A stretch of DNA of 43,912 nucleotides from an uncultured archaeon (GTDB taxonomy: Archaea; Hadarchaeota; Hadarchaeia; Hadarchaeales; WYZ-LMO6). The notes beneath the pieces were generated by a model that was not told the origin of the DNA, searched no databases, and was given only the letters and a program-made list of their open reading frames with translations. The position numbers and the translations under genes are program-made. Shown piece after piece: positions 9,014 through 18,428 of the stretch; the stretch's first letter is position 1; every line of letters begins with the position of its first letter. The stretch spans positions 1 through 43,912 of the forward strand of contig CALJER010000026.1 in the NCBI GenBank assembly GCA_938074535.1. The letters are read 5' to 3'.

Positions 9014-10310
9014 GCCAGGGCGGAAGGAGGTCCAGCCTGACGAGGTCCCTGAAGGTCTCCCTTTTCCTGATCAGGGCAGCCCTTCCCCTCCTCACCATCA
9101 CCATCGCCGGTCGGGGCTTGGCGGTGTGCTGGCTGGACATGGCGAGCCCGTAGGCCCCCACGTCGAAGATGACGGCGAGGTCCCCCCTCTCCGCCTTAGG
9201 CAGCAGCCTCTCCTTTCCCAGAAAGTCCCCGGATTCGCACAGGGGGCCAGCCACGTTCGTCAGGGTGTCGTTTTTCAGGTTCATCTTGTTCGCCAGCTCG
9301 ATGTGGTGGTAGGCGCCGTACAGGGCGGGTCTTATCAGGGCGTTCATTCCGGCGTCCAGGGAGATCCACCGCGGGAGGCCCCTGCGCTCCTTGGTGTACT
9401 CCACCCTCGCGAGCAGGATTCCGGCATCCCCCACGAGGTACCTGCCGGGCTCGAACACCAGCAGATGCTTCCCCATCCCTTTCTCCTCCTCCACCTCCTC
9501 CACGGCGGAAATCACCCTTTCCGCCAGCTCCTCCAGCCTCACCTCCCTTTCCTCCGGCCTGTAGGGGATGCCCACCCCTCCCCCCAGGTCCACGAACTCC
9601 AGCTCTATCCCCATCTCGTGCAGTTCGGCCACCACCCCCATGACCTTCTCCGCCTCCTCCACGAAGGGGGAGGGATCCAGGATCTGGGAACCTATGTGGG
9701 CGTGGATCCCGACGATTTTCACGTTTTTCATCCCCCTGGCCCTGCGGTACGCCTCCAGCGCCTCGCCGCTTCCCACCTCGAAGCCGAACTTGCTCTCCCT
9801 GAGACCGGTGGCGATGTAGGGATGGGTGGGTGCCCTGAGGTCTGGGTTTATCCTGAAGCTCACCCTGGCTTCGGTCCTCATCCTCTCGGCCAGCCTCCCC
9901 ACCACCTCCAGCTCCTGGAAGTTGTCGATGTTGATGGCCACCCCGTGCCTGAGGGCCAGCTTCAGCTCGGCCTCGGTCTTCAGGTTCCCGTTGAAGACCA
10001 TCTTCTCCCCCTCGATCCCCGCCCGGAGGGCTATCCTCAGCTCGTTCTCGGAGCTCACGTCGGCTCCCGCCCCCTCCTCGGCCAGCACCTTCACCACGGC
10101 GGAGTTGGAGTTGGCCTTCAGCGCATAGCAGAGGCGCACCCTCCTGCGGGAGAAGGCCTTCAGGAACCTCCGGTAGTTGTCCCTGATGCGCTCCTCGTCC
10201 ATTACGTAAAGGGGGGTCCCGAACTCCTCGCACAGTTCGACGGCATCCACCCCCCCGCAGACGAGGTGTCCTGCGGGGTTCACCCTGAAGTGGGGCTTCA
10301 GCATCAGCAC
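9006..10310 (-). CDS. lysA: diaminopimelate decarboxylase
   Basis: FGTPLYV, YALKAN (PLP Lys), SKFG, HAHIGSQI, DLGGG, EPGRYLV, GPLCESGD, GAYG. Confidence 0.93.
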   Translation of the reverse strand: MLMLKPHFRVNPAGHLVCGGVDAVELCEEFGTPLYVMDEERIRDNYRRFLKAFSRRRVRLCYALKANSNSAVVKVLAEEGAGADVSSENELRIALRAGIEGEKMVFNGNLKTEAELKLALRHGVAINIDNFQELEVVGRLAERMRTEARVSFRINPDLRAPTHPYIATGLRESKFGFEVGSGEALEAYRRARGMKNVKIVGIHAHIGSQILDPSPFVEEAEKVMGVVAELHEMGIELEFVDLGGGVGIPYRPEEREVRLEELAERVISAVEEVEEEKGMGKHLLVFEPGRYLVGDAGILLARVEYTKERRGLPRWISLDAGMNALIRPALYGAYHHIELANKMNLKNDTLTNVAGPLCESGDFLGKERLLPKAERGDLAVIFDVGAYGLAMSSQHTAKPRPAMVMVRRGRAALIRKRETFRDLVRLDLLPPWLR

Positions 10311-11659
10311 TTCTTCGCTACCTCCTCCACGGCCTCCCTCAGGATGGTAAGACCCTTCTCCAGCTCCTCCTCCGAGATGATCAGCGGCGGGGCTATCCTC
10401 AGGGAGGACCTTCCTCCGCGGAAGAAGATGGCCCCCCTCTTGAGGGTGGCCTGGATGACCATGTCCCTTTCCTTCGTCCCGTCCTTTTTGTTCCCCTTCT
10501 CCTTCACGAATTCCACCGCCAGCATCAGCCCCTTCCCCCTCACCTCCCCCACGATGGGGATTTCCTCCTCCATCTCCCTGAGGTAGCTCAGGGAGCGCTC
10601 CCCCAGTTTCCTCGCCCTCTCCACCAGCCTTTCCTCCTCCAGCAGCTTCAGACCCTCTATGGCGGCCGCGCAGGCCACCAGGTTGCCCCCGAAGGTGGAG
10701 GCATGGGCGCCTGGTTCCCAGTCCATCACCTTGGAGCTGGCGATGGTGGCCCCTATGGGCGCTATCCCTCCCGAAAGGGCCTTGGCCACGCAGACGATTT
10801 CAGGCACGACCCCCCAGTGCTCCACGGCGAACATCTTCCCGCTCCTCCCCAGGCCCGTCTGGATTTCGTCGGCTATCAGCATCCACCCGTGCTCGTCGCA
10901 CAGCTCCCTGAGCATGGGCAGGTACTCAGGCGGGGGGATGATGTACCCTGAGTTCCCCTGGATGGGCTCTATGATTATCCCCGCCACCTCCTCAGGGGGT
11001 ATGACCCTCTTCAGGTACTCCCTTATGAACTCCACGCAGAGGAAGTCGCATCCCGGGTAGCTCTGCTTGAAGAGGCATCTGTAGCAGTAGGGGTAGGGCA
11101 TGAAGCTCACACCGGGCACCAGGGGGAAGAAGTACCGGTGGTGGAGGACGTTGGAAGAGGAAAGGCTCATGGCCCCATAGGTCCTCCCGTGGAAGGCACC
11201 CAGGAAGGAGATGATCCTGGGACGGCGGGTGTGCCACCTCACGCACTTCAAGGCCGCTTCCACGGCCTCCGCCCCGGAGTTTGCCAGGTATACCCTCTTG
11301 GGGAAGCTCCCGGGCGTGATCCTGGTCAGACGCTCGGCCAGCTCCACCTGGCTCTCGTAGTAGAAGTCGGTCCCGGCGAAGTGGGTGAGCCTCTCCAGCT
11401 GTTCTCTCGCCGCCCGAATCAGGCGGGGATTGGAGTACCCGTAGTTGAGGACGAACATCCCAGAGCTCATGTCCAGGAAGACGTTCCCGTCCACGTCCTT
11501 CACGTAGCACCCCCATCCCTCCTGGGCCACCACGGGTTCCGAGCGGGTGTAGGAGGGGGACATCACACGCTCGTCCCTCTCGATGATGGCCCTGGCTCGG
11601 GGACCCGGTATGGGGCCCCTCACCCTGGGCCCCCTGGCCCATCTGGGGCGGGAGGCCAT
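10304..11659 (-). CDS. class III PLP aminotransferase (acetylornithine/4-aminobutyrate family)
   Basis: NSGAEAVEAA, FHGRT, EPIQG, DEIQTGLGRSG, AKAL, STFGGN. Confidence 0.9.
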   Translation of the reverse strand: MASRPRWARGPRVRGPIPGPRARAIIERDERVMSPSYTRSEPVVAQEGWGCYVKDVDGNVFLDMSSGMFVLNYGYSNPRLIRAAREQLERLTHFAGTDFYYESQVELAERLTRITPGSFPKRVYLANSGAEAVEAALKCVRWHTRRPRIISFLGAFHGRTYGAMSLSSSNVLHHRYFFPLVPGVSFMPYPYCYRCLFKQSYPGCDFLCVEFIREYLKRVIPPEEVAGIIIEPIQGNSGYIIPPPEYLPMLRELCDEHGWMLIADEIQTGLGRSGKMFAVEHWGVVPEIVCVAKALSGGIAPIGATIASSKVMDWEPGAHASTFGGNLVACAAAIEGLKLLEEERLVERARKLGERSLSYLREMEEEIPIVGEVRGKGLMLAVEFVKEKGNKKDGTKERDMVIQATLKRGAIFFRGGRSSLRIAPPLIISEEELEKGLTILREAVEEVAKKC

Positions 11660-11713
11660 CAGGCTAACTCTGAGCCTCCCCTTTAAAAATAGTTCAGCGG
11701 AGCAGGAAAGAGG

Positions 11714-12313
11714 ATGGGGAAGAGGGTGGCCGTCCTAGATTATGGAATGGGCAACCTCAGGAGCGTCTACAATGCCCTGAAGAGGGTGGGGGCGGATCCC
11801 TTCTGGATGGCCTCACCGGAGGAGGGGGGGAGGGAGGAGTACCTGGTCATCCCTGGGGTGGGTGCGTTCGGCAGGGGCATGGAGAGGCTTGCCCCTTTCG
11901 CGCGGAGGATAAGGGAGGCGGCTGAGGAGGGGGTGCGCCTGCTGGGGGTATGCCTGGGCATGCACGTGATGTTCGAGGGCTCGGAAGAGGCCGGAGGAAC
12001 CAGGGGACTGGGTCTCCTGGGGGGGAGGGTGGAGAGGGTGCCCACCGCCGAAAGACTCCCCCACATGGGGTGGAACTACGTGAGGAAGGTGGCGGAAGCG
12101 CCCCTCCTCCGGGGGCTGGAAGGAGGCTACGCCTACTTCGTCCACTCCTACCACCCCGTGCCCAGGGAAAAGGGGGTGGTGGTGGCTCTGACCGACTACG
12201 GGACGGAGGTCTGCGCGGCGGTCTGGAAGGACAACCTCTTCGGGACCCAGTTCCATCCGGAGAAGAGCGGTCTTTTTGGTCTCAGGGTGCTAAAGAACTT
12301 CCTGGGGACCTGA
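11714..12313 (+). CDS. hisH: imidazole glycerol phosphate synthase glutaminase subunit
   Basis: DYGMGNL, PGVGAF, GVCLG, PHMGWN, YFVHSY, QFHPEKS. Confidence 0.96.
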   Translation: MGKRVAVLDYGMGNLRSVYNALKRVGADPFWMASPEEGGREEYLVIPGVGAFGRGMERLAPFARRIREAAEEGVRLLGVCLGMHVMFEGSEEAGGTRGLGLLGGRVERVPTAERLPHMGWNYVRKVAEAPLLRGLEGGYAYFVHSYHPVPREKGVVVALTDYGTEVCAAVWKDNLFGTQFHPEKSGLFGLRVLKNFLGT

Positions 12314-13132
12314 GTGCTCTGCAAGAGGATCATCCCCTGCCTGGACTGCGACCTGGCCGTTCCCATGGGGAGGGTGGTGAAGGGGGTGGAGTTCGAGCGG
12401 ATAAGGTACGCGGGGGTCCCCTGGGAGCTGGCGGCGAAGTACTACAGGGAGGGAGCGGACGAGATAGTGTTTCTGGATATCACGGCCAGCAGGGAGAGGA
12501 GGGAGACGATGGTGCATGTGATCGAGAGGACTTCGGAGGAGGTCTTCGTCCCCCTCACCGTGGGGGGAGGGATAAGGAGCGTGGAGGACGCCCGCAGGGT
12601 CTTCAACGCGGGGGCGGACAAGATAGCGGTGAACACGGCGGCCCTCCAGGAGCCGGAGCTCATCTCCAGGCTGGCCGAGACCTTCGGGAGCCAGGCCTGC
12701 GTGGTGGCGATAGATGCGAAGAGGAGGAGGGCCCGGAAGGGGGAAAGGGAGAAGGTGGTGGTGGAGACCCCTGAGGGCCCGATCTGGTTTGAGTGCTCCA
12801 TCTACGGAGGGAAAAAGTTCACGGGGGTGGACGCGGTCAGGTGGGCGATGGAGGCGGAGAAAAGGGGGGCGGGCGAGATCCTCCTCACCAGCATGGACAG
12901 GGACGGGACCACCGAGGGTTACGACCTGCTCCTCACGAAGGTGGTGAGCGAGGCCGTGGGCATCCCGGTCATAGCCTCGGGTGGCTGCGGTTCGCCGGAA
13001 CACATGTACGAGGTCTTCAGGAGCACCGGGGCCAGTGCGGCCCTCGCCGCCAGCATTTTCCACTACGGAAAGTACGGGATCAAAGAGGTGAAGGAGTACC
13101 TGGCCGGAAAGGGGATCGCCGTCCGCCTCTGA
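12314..13132 (+). CDS. hisF: imidazole glycerol phosphate synthase cyclase subunit
   Basis: [51 protein letters not shown]. Confidence 0.97.
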   Translation: MLCKRIIPCLDCDLAVPMGRVVKGVEFERIRYAGVPWELAAKYYREGADEIVFLDITASRERRETMVHVIERTSEEVFVPLTVGGGIRSVEDARRVFNAGADKIAVNTAALQEPELISRLAETFGSQACVVAIDAKRRRARKGEREKVVVETPEGPIWFECSIYGGKKFTGVDAVRWAMEAEKRGAGEILLTSMDRDGTTEGYDLLLTKVVSEAVGIPVIASGGCGSPEHMYEVFRSTGASAALAASIFHYGKYGIKEVKEYLAGKGIAVRL

Positions 13133-13133
13133 C

Positions 13134-14468
13134 TCACAGGATGGGGAGCAGGTTTTGGAGTTCCCAGTCCGTTACCTGCGAGCGGTAGGACTCCCATTCC
13201 TGGGTTTTGATGTAGAGGAAGTGCTCGAAGAGATGGTCCCCGAGGGCCTCCCTCACCAGCTTGCTCCTCTCCATGCACTCCAGGGCCTCCCCGAGGCTGG
13301 AGGGCAGGGGCTCTATCTGGAGCTCCCTCTTCTCCTCTGGGGTCATTCTGAAGATGTTTTTCTCGACAGGCTCGGGCGGGTAAATCTTCTCCTCTATCCC
13401 CCTCAGACCGGCGGCCAGCATCACGGAGAACTGGAGGTAGGGGTTGCCGGCCGGGTCTGGGCTCCTGAGCTCCACTCTGGTCCTCAGCTCCCTCCCGGAG
13501 GGGACCCTTATGTACGCGCTTCTGTTCCTGTTGGCCCAGGAGATGTATACGGGGGCTTCGTACCCAGGCACCAGTCTCTTGTAGGAGTTGACCGAGGAGG
13601 CGAGGATGGCGCACATCTCCCTCGCATATCTCAGCAGGCCACCTATGAAGTACAGGGCGAGCTCGCTTAGCTGGTACTTGCCCTTGGGGTCGTAGAAGAA
13701 GTTCTTCGTGCCGTCGGGGCTCATCAGGGACATGTGGGTGTGCATGCCGGAGCCGTTGACCCCGTAGATGGGCTTCGGCATGAAGGAGGCGAAGAGGCCG
13801 TGCCTGTGGGCTATGAGCTTGGTGGTGTACTTCATCATCATCACCCTGTCGGCGGAGGTGAGGGCGTCAGCGTACCTCAGGTCGATCTCGTGCTGGCCCG
13901 GCGAAACCTCGTGGTGGGAGGCCTCCACCTCGAACCCCATCTTGCTCAGGTGCAGCACGATTTCCTTCCTTATTTCGTCCCCCCTGTCCCTCATCAGGTC
14001 GAAGTACCCCCCGAGGTCGGAGGGCTGCGGGGTGGGTTTTCCGCTTTCGTCCAGCCTGAGGAGGAAGAACTCGTACTCGGGGGCCGTGTTGAACACGTAC
14101 CCTTCCTTCCTGGCTCTTTCAGAGAGCTTCTGCAGGGCGTACCTGGGATCCCCCTCGAAGCGGTTGTTCTTGTGATCGTAAACATCACAGACCATGCACG
14201 CGGTCTTGAGGTTTCCGTTGGTCCAGGGAAGGACGGTGAAGGTCCTGGGATCGGGTATCAGGCGCATGTCGGATTCCTCCACCGTGGCGTATCCGAGCAC
14301 GGAGGATCCGTCGAAGAAGACCCCCTCGGAGAGCGCCCTTTCCAGACGCTCTACAGGCAGGGTGACGTTCTTGACCGTCCCCAAGATGTCCATGAACTGC
14401 ATCTGGATGAACTTCACCCCGGCCTCCCTGGCCTTCTCCACCGTCTCCTTTCTCTCCTTCACGGGCAT
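13134..14468 (-). CDS. glnA: glutamine synthetase type I
   Basis: FDGSS, HHEV..GQHEI, FMPKP..GVNGSGMH.H, NSYKRLVPGYEAP, NRSAYIRVP, ELRSPD..NPYL. Confidence 0.96.
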   Translation of the reverse strand: MPVKERKETVEKAREAGVKFIQMQFMDILGTVKNVTLPVERLERALSEGVFFDGSSVLGYATVEESDMRLIPDPRTFTVLPWTNGNLKTACMVCDVYDHKNNRFEGDPRYALQKLSERARKEGYVFNTAPEYEFFLLRLDESGKPTPQPSDLGGYFDLMRDRGDEIRKEIVLHLSKMGFEVEASHHEVSPGQHEIDLRYADALTSADRVMMMKYTTKLIAHRHGLFASFMPKPIYGVNGSGMHTHMSLMSPDGTKNFFYDPKGKYQLSELALYFIGGLLRYAREMCAILASSVNSYKRLVPGYEAPVYISWANRNRSAYIRVPSGRELRTRVELRSPDPAGNPYLQFSVMLAAGLRGIEEKIYPPEPVEKNIFRMTPEEKRELQIEPLPSSLGEALECMERSKLVREALGDHLFEHFLYIKTQEWESYRSQVTDWELQNLLPIL

Positions 14469-14535
14469 CACCCTCCTTGGAGGAAGTGCTTATTAGTTTA
14501 ATCTCCGGGGAGGCCTCCTTTTTTTGGCGCACACC

Positions 14536-14541
14536 TATAAA
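14536..14541 (+). promoter_or_regulatory. TATA box for the ion-channel gene
   Basis: TATAAA about 25 nt upstream of ATG 14566. Confidence 0.5.
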
Positions 14542-14565
14542 TCGAGGCCGGAGGGAAAGGAGCTG

Positions 14566-15489
14566 ATGGGACGGTACTTGCTGCCGGCACTTCTCCTGAT
14601 TCCCCTCCTGCTCTGGGGTCTGGGCAGCCCGGTGGCGGGGGAGGAGGCGCCGGCCAGGGTGAAAGTGGGAGTCTGGATAAACGCCATCGAGAAGGTGGAC
14701 GTGCCCTCCCAGACCTTCACCGTCGACTTCTACGTCTGGTTCAAATACACGGGGAAGAAACCCGACATCGAGTTCCTCAGAGGGACCCCCACCACCGTGA
14801 GCCTCATCCGGCAGGAGGAAAGGGGGGGAGAGAACTACCTGGAGTACAGGGTCAAGGGTGTTTACGTGAGCTCCCTGAACTTCAGGAACTTCCCCTTCGA
14901 CGAGCACCTCCTCACGGTCGAACTGGAGGACAAGCACCGAGGGCTCTCCGAGCTGGTCTTTGAACCCGATGTGGAGGAAAGCGGCCTGGATCCCAACCTC
15001 ACGGTTCCTGGCTGGGAGGTGAAGGACTTCAGGCTCTGCACGGATCAGCACGTCTATCCGGACGAAAACTACTCCAAGTTCATCTTCGGGGTCACGGTAT
15101 ACCGCTCGAAGATTTCGGCCTTCTTCAAGTACTTCTTCCCCATTCTCATCATCACCCTCATCTCCCTCCTCACGTTTTCCCTCTCGGTCAAGAACTTCGG
15201 ACAGAGGGTGGGGATCTGCGTCACCACCCTCATGTCCGCGGTGGCCTACCACCTGGCTGCTCTGAGCGGCCTCCCCTCCCTGGGATATCTCACCCTCTTC
15301 GACCGGATCATGCTGGTGATCTACACCCTTTTCCTCTACAACCTGGGGGTTTCGGTCCAGGCGATGAGGCTGGTGGAGGCGGGCAGGGTGAAGGAAGCGG
15401 AGGGTTTCGAGACCAGAATGCAAAATCTCCTGCCCTTCCTGACCCTGGGGCTTTTCCTCGTTTACGTGCTTGTCCTCGGTCTGCTCTGA
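14566..15489 (+). CDS. prokaryotic pentameric ligand-gated ion channel (GLIC/ELIC-like, Pro-loop)
   Basis: Signal peptide; beta-rich extracellular domain with FTVDFYVW, FRNFPFD (Pro-loop) and GWEV; pre-M1 Arg; M1 Pro (FFPILII); M2 RVGICVTTLM; M2-M3 loop LPSLGYLTLFD; four TM helices. Confidence 0.85.
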   Translation: MGRYLLPALLLIPLLLWGLGSPVAGEEAPARVKVGVWINAIEKVDVPSQTFTVDFYVWFKYTGKKPDIEFLRGTPTTVSLIRQEERGGENYLEYRVKGVYVSSLNFRNFPFDEHLLTVELEDKHRGLSELVFEPDVEESGLDPNLTVPGWEVKDFRLCTDQHVYPDENYSKFIFGVTVYRSKISAFFKYFFPILIITLISLLTFSLSVKNFGQRVGICVTTLMSAVAYHLAALSGLPSLGYLTLFDRIMLVIYTLFLYNLGVSVQAMRLVEAGRVKEAEGFETRMQNLLPFLTLGLFLVYVLVLGLL

Positions 15490-16013
15490 CTCTTCCTTCC
15501 CGCTCTGCCCTTTGAGGCAAAGTACAGGATGGTGGCAATGGTTTTGGCGTCCTCTATTCTGTTGGACCCGATCATCTCCAGGGCCCTTGAGAGGGTGGTC
15601 TTCACCACTCTGATCTCCTCCCCCCAGTCCCGGTGCGGGGAGGTGGGACGGAGCCCGGAGGCCAGGAAGGAGTGGAGCTTCTCCGTGCTGTATCCGGGGG
15701 CAAGGTACATCTCGAAGAGCTTCTCCATTTTTTCCGCTCTCAGTCCCGTTTCCTCCTCCAGCTCCCTCCTGGCGCACGTCAGGAGGTCTTCCCCCCTCTC
15801 CACGGTTCCGGCCGGTATTTCGTAGATCCACTTTCCTATGACGGGGCGATACTGCCTCAGCAGGAGGATCCTTCCGTCCTCCAGCAGGGGAAGAATGGCC
15901 ACGGCTCCGGGATGCTCCACCACTTCCCTGAACACGCGTTTTCCGGAGGGGAGGGGGAGGCGGGCCAGCTTGACGGAGATGCGCCTGCCCCTGAAGACGT
16001 AGCGTGCCCTCAG
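15462..16013 (-). CDS. NUDIX hydrolase (ADP-ribose pyrophosphatase-like)
   Basis: REVVEHPGAV, RQYR, EIPAG, ARRELEEETG Nudix box, IEDAKT; start uncertain (CTG overlapping the aspS stop). Confidence 0.88.
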   Translation of the reverse strand: MRARYVFRGRRISVKLARLPLPSGKRVFREVVEHPGAVAILPLLEDGRILLLRQYRPVIGKWIYEIPAGTVERGEDLLTCARRELEEETGLRAEKMEKLFEMYLAPGYSTEKLHSFLASGLRPTSPHRDWGEEIRVVKTTLSRALEMIGSNRIEDAKTIATILYFASKGRAGRKSQSRPRTST

Positions 16014-17329
16014 GGCGTCAGCCTTCCCCTGTCCCTCGGGAAAAGTACCACCTCCCTTATGTTGCTCACTCCCGTTACGACCATGGTGAGCCTGTCCAGC
16101 CCCAGCCCGAATCCCGCGTGCGGAGGCATACCGTACCTGAAGTTTTTCAGGTGGGACTCGAAGTTTTCGGGCTTCAGGCCCTTTTCCCTCAGCCTCCTGG
16201 TGAGCAGTTCCTCGCGGTGAATTCTCGTGCCCCCTGAGGCCAGCTCCAGTTCCCCGTACATGAGGTCGAAGGCCTCGCACACCTCCTCTCTTCCTTCCCT
16301 GGGCATGATGTAGAAGGGTTTGATGGAGGTGGGCCACTCGGTTATGAAGTATGGTCCCCTCATCAACTCCCCCAACTTCCTTTCGGCGGGTGTGGGCAGG
16401 TCCTCCCCCCACCTGAGCTTCAGTCCATGCTCTTCCAGCCTTCGCAGGACCTCGTCGTAGGTGAGCCTGGGGAAGGGTTTCTCGGGTATTTCCAGGGTCC
16501 TCTCGAGCGTCCGCAGTTCTCCCCCGCACCTTTCCCTTATCCCGGTGAAGATTTCTACCAGCATCTCCTCCAGTATTCCCATCACCTCCTCCTGGGAGAC
16601 GAAGGCGGCTTCCAGGTCGATGGAGGTGGTTTCGTTTAGGTGGCGGGGCGTGTCGTGCTCCTCGGCCCTGAAGATGGGACCTATCTCGAAAACCCTGTCG
16701 AAGCAGCCCGTGAGCACCTCCTTGTAGAGCTGCGGGCTCTGGCTGAGAAAGGCCTCCCTTTCAAAGTAGGTCACCGGAAAGAGGGCCGCACCGCTCTCGG
16801 TGGCCGTGGCCACTATCTTCGGCGTCTGCACCTCAAGGAAGCCTTTCCTCGTCAGGAAGTCGCGCGCGATCCTCACGATCTCGTGCTTTATCTTGAAGAT
16901 GGCCACCTGCCTGGGACGGCGGAGGTCCAGGAGTCTGGAGTCCAGCCTCGTGTCGAGGTTCGATTTGATTTTTCCTGTGGGTTCCAGAGGCAGGGGAGAA
17001 AGGGCCGGATTGAGGAGCTTCACCTCGAGGGGTACGACCTCCACCCCCCTGGGGGCCTGCCTGGCCCTGATTACCCTTCCCCTCACGGCAACGCAGGACT
17101 GGGGCGTCAGCTGGTCTATCCAGGCCAGGATCTCTTCCCCCACTTTTCCCTTAGGCGCCGTTATCTGGAGGTAGCCCTCGCGATCGTGCAGCGTGAAAAA
17201 CTTCAGGCTTCCCAGGTCCCTGATGTTGCCCACGTACCCCATCACCACCACCTCTGCTCCTTCCAGCTCTGGAACCACCTGGGAGGTGAAGTGGGTCCTC
17301 CTCCAGTCACCCAGTCCCGAAGTTTTCAT
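16010..17329 (-). CDS. aspS: aspartate-tRNA ligase, archaeal type (probably non-discriminating Asp/Asn)
   Basis: IRDLG OB-fold, RLDSRLLDLR, LSQSPQLYK, FRAE, YGMPPHAGFGLGLDR, LFPRD; Pro in the QAPRG loop as in non-discriminating enzymes. Confidence 0.95.
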   Translation of the reverse strand: MKTSGLGDWRRTHFTSQVVPELEGAEVVVMGYVGNIRDLGSLKFFTLHDREGYLQITAPKGKVGEEILAWIDQLTPQSCVAVRGRVIRARQAPRGVEVVPLEVKLLNPALSPLPLEPTGKIKSNLDTRLDSRLLDLRRPRQVAIFKIKHEIVRIARDFLTRKGFLEVQTPKIVATATESGAALFPVTYFEREAFLSQSPQLYKEVLTGCFDRVFEIGPIFRAEEHDTPRHLNETTSIDLEAAFVSQEEVMGILEEMLVEIFTGIRERCGGELRTLERTLEIPEKPFPRLTYDEVLRRLEEHGLKLRWGEDLPTPAERKLGELMRGPYFITEWPTSIKPFYIMPREGREEVCEAFDLMYGELELASGGTRIHREELLTRRLREKGLKPENFESHLKNFRYGMPPHAGFGLGLDRLTMVVTGVSNIREVVLFPRDRGRLTP

Positions 17330-17395
17330 GCAGACTTTCTTCGCCCTCCAAGGTAAAAAACCGAAGGAAAAAAGAAAAAATCTCGGAAAAAGCCT

Positions 17396-17692
17396 TCAGC
17401 TCTTTCCGAGAACGATTTCTATGGTAGATACGTTGATTTTTTCGCCGCTTTCCGTCTGGAGTTCTTCCGTGCCGATGGTTATGTTTTTGGGGACCAGTCC
17501 CTGTATGAAGCGGTTCCTGAGGATTTCTGCCACGTCGACGGCCCTGCTTATGGCCTTTCCCCTGGCCTTCAGCACCACTTCGTTGCCCCCCTGGTTGAAC
17601 TGCGTGATGGCTGCCAGCACGTAGTTCATCACGGGCTTGGTCCCCACGAACACGGCATTGTCAGCGGCGCCTCTCTTTGGCTTTTCTGCCAT
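17396..17692 (-). CDS. albA: DNA/RNA-binding protein Alba
   Basis: [37 protein letters not shown]. Confidence 0.97.
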   Translation of the reverse strand: MAEKPKRGAADNAVFVGTKPVMNYVLAAITQFNQGGNEVVLKARGKAISRAVDVAEILRNRFIQGLVPKNITIGTEELQTESGEKINVSTIEIVLGKS

Positions 17693-17731
17693 ATCATGCC
17701 TCCCGTTTTTTTAGATGGTCCTTCCCCCCCG

Positions 17732-18154
17732 TTAAATACTTTTCTCCCCCTCCCTCCTCAGGGCCAGGAGCATCCTCCTCTGCAGGTTCTCCTGCACCTC
17801 AAGCGGAGTTTTCCTTCCCTTCCGCATGTCGAGGTAATCCGCCAGATCCTCGAGCACCAGCTCCGCGATTTCCTCTTCCAGCAGCCCCAGGTAGAGGGCA
17901 AGCTCCAGCGTGTAGAAGGCCCGCATCAGCCTCTCCTTCCCCCTCTTCCACCTCTTCCAGGCCCCCGACCTCCCCATGTTCACTTTTCTGGCAATTTCCT
18001 CGAAGCTTCTGGCCCTTTCTGAGTAGTACAGAAGGAGAATTTGGAGGGTTTTTTCGTCCAGCAGGGATTTTTTGAGGAGTATTTTCGCTAAGGGGCTTTT
18101 TTTTACTTCCTTTATTCCGTAATCATTTTTTCTCTCCGCCGTTTTCTCCCTCAA
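17732..18154 (-). CDS. HTH-containing putative DNA-binding protein (start uncertain)
   Basis: SFEEIARKVNMGRSGAWKRWKRG helix-turn-helix pattern; upstream of alba on the same strand. Confidence 0.6.
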   Translation of the reverse strand: MREKTAERKNDYGIKEVKKSPLAKILLKKSLLDEKTLQILLLYYSERARSFEEIARKVNMGRSGAWKRWKRGKERLMRAFYTLELALYLGLLEEEIAELVLEDLADYLDMRKGRKTPLEVQENLQRRMLLALRREGEKSI

Positions 18155-18315
18155 AAAGATGTTCCTTTCTTTTTAATAGTGTTTCCATTATCAGGAAACA
18201 AGCGCACTAAGGAACAAAGAGCGCTGGTCTGGCGTGCGAACCTGGGGTTCCATGTTCTCTTTCTGGGTGCATGCCGGAAGCGGTGAGGGACAAAGCTTTT
18301 AATGCAGGCCGCAAG

Positions 18316-18414
18316 CCTACTTTTGTAGGAAAAAAGCCTACAAAAGTAGGATGCGGGCCTACAAAGGTGCAGGAAGAAATCCTGCACTTGTAGGCTTTTG
18401 TCCTACTGCGTAGG
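18316..18414. repeat. array of five phased palindromes CCT(A/G)C-N3-6-G(T/C)AGG
   Basis: Units at 18316-18329 CCTACTTTTGTAGG, 18337-18350 CCTACAAAAGTAGG, 18358-18373 CCTACAAAGGTGCAGG, 18381-18394 CCTGCACTTGTAGG and 18402-18414 CCTACTGCGTAGG; start spacing 21, 21, 23, 21 bp. Confidence 0.85.
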
Positions 18415-18428
18415 CTGGGGGCCGTCGG

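Noticed and set aside
7693-10586. Long alternative-frame and antisense ORFs (for example 7693-8850, 7754-8971, 8934-10586) and similar ones across the window
   Set aside because: Shadow ORFs of GC-rich genes, with G/P/R/H/L-biased translations and no motifs, overlapping well-supported genes
14469-14565. NrpR operator upstream of glnA
   Set aside because: No GGAA-N6-TTCC match is seen
18316-18414. CRISPR array interpretation of the palindromic repeats
   Set aside because: Units are 13-16 bp with 7-bp gaps, far too short for repeats and spacers, and no cas genes are present
18100-18428. Canonical Orc1/Cdc6 replication origin
   Set aside because: Repeats do not resemble ORB elements (no G-string consensus), and the adjacent ATPase is ExeA-like without the C-terminal winged helix of Cdc6
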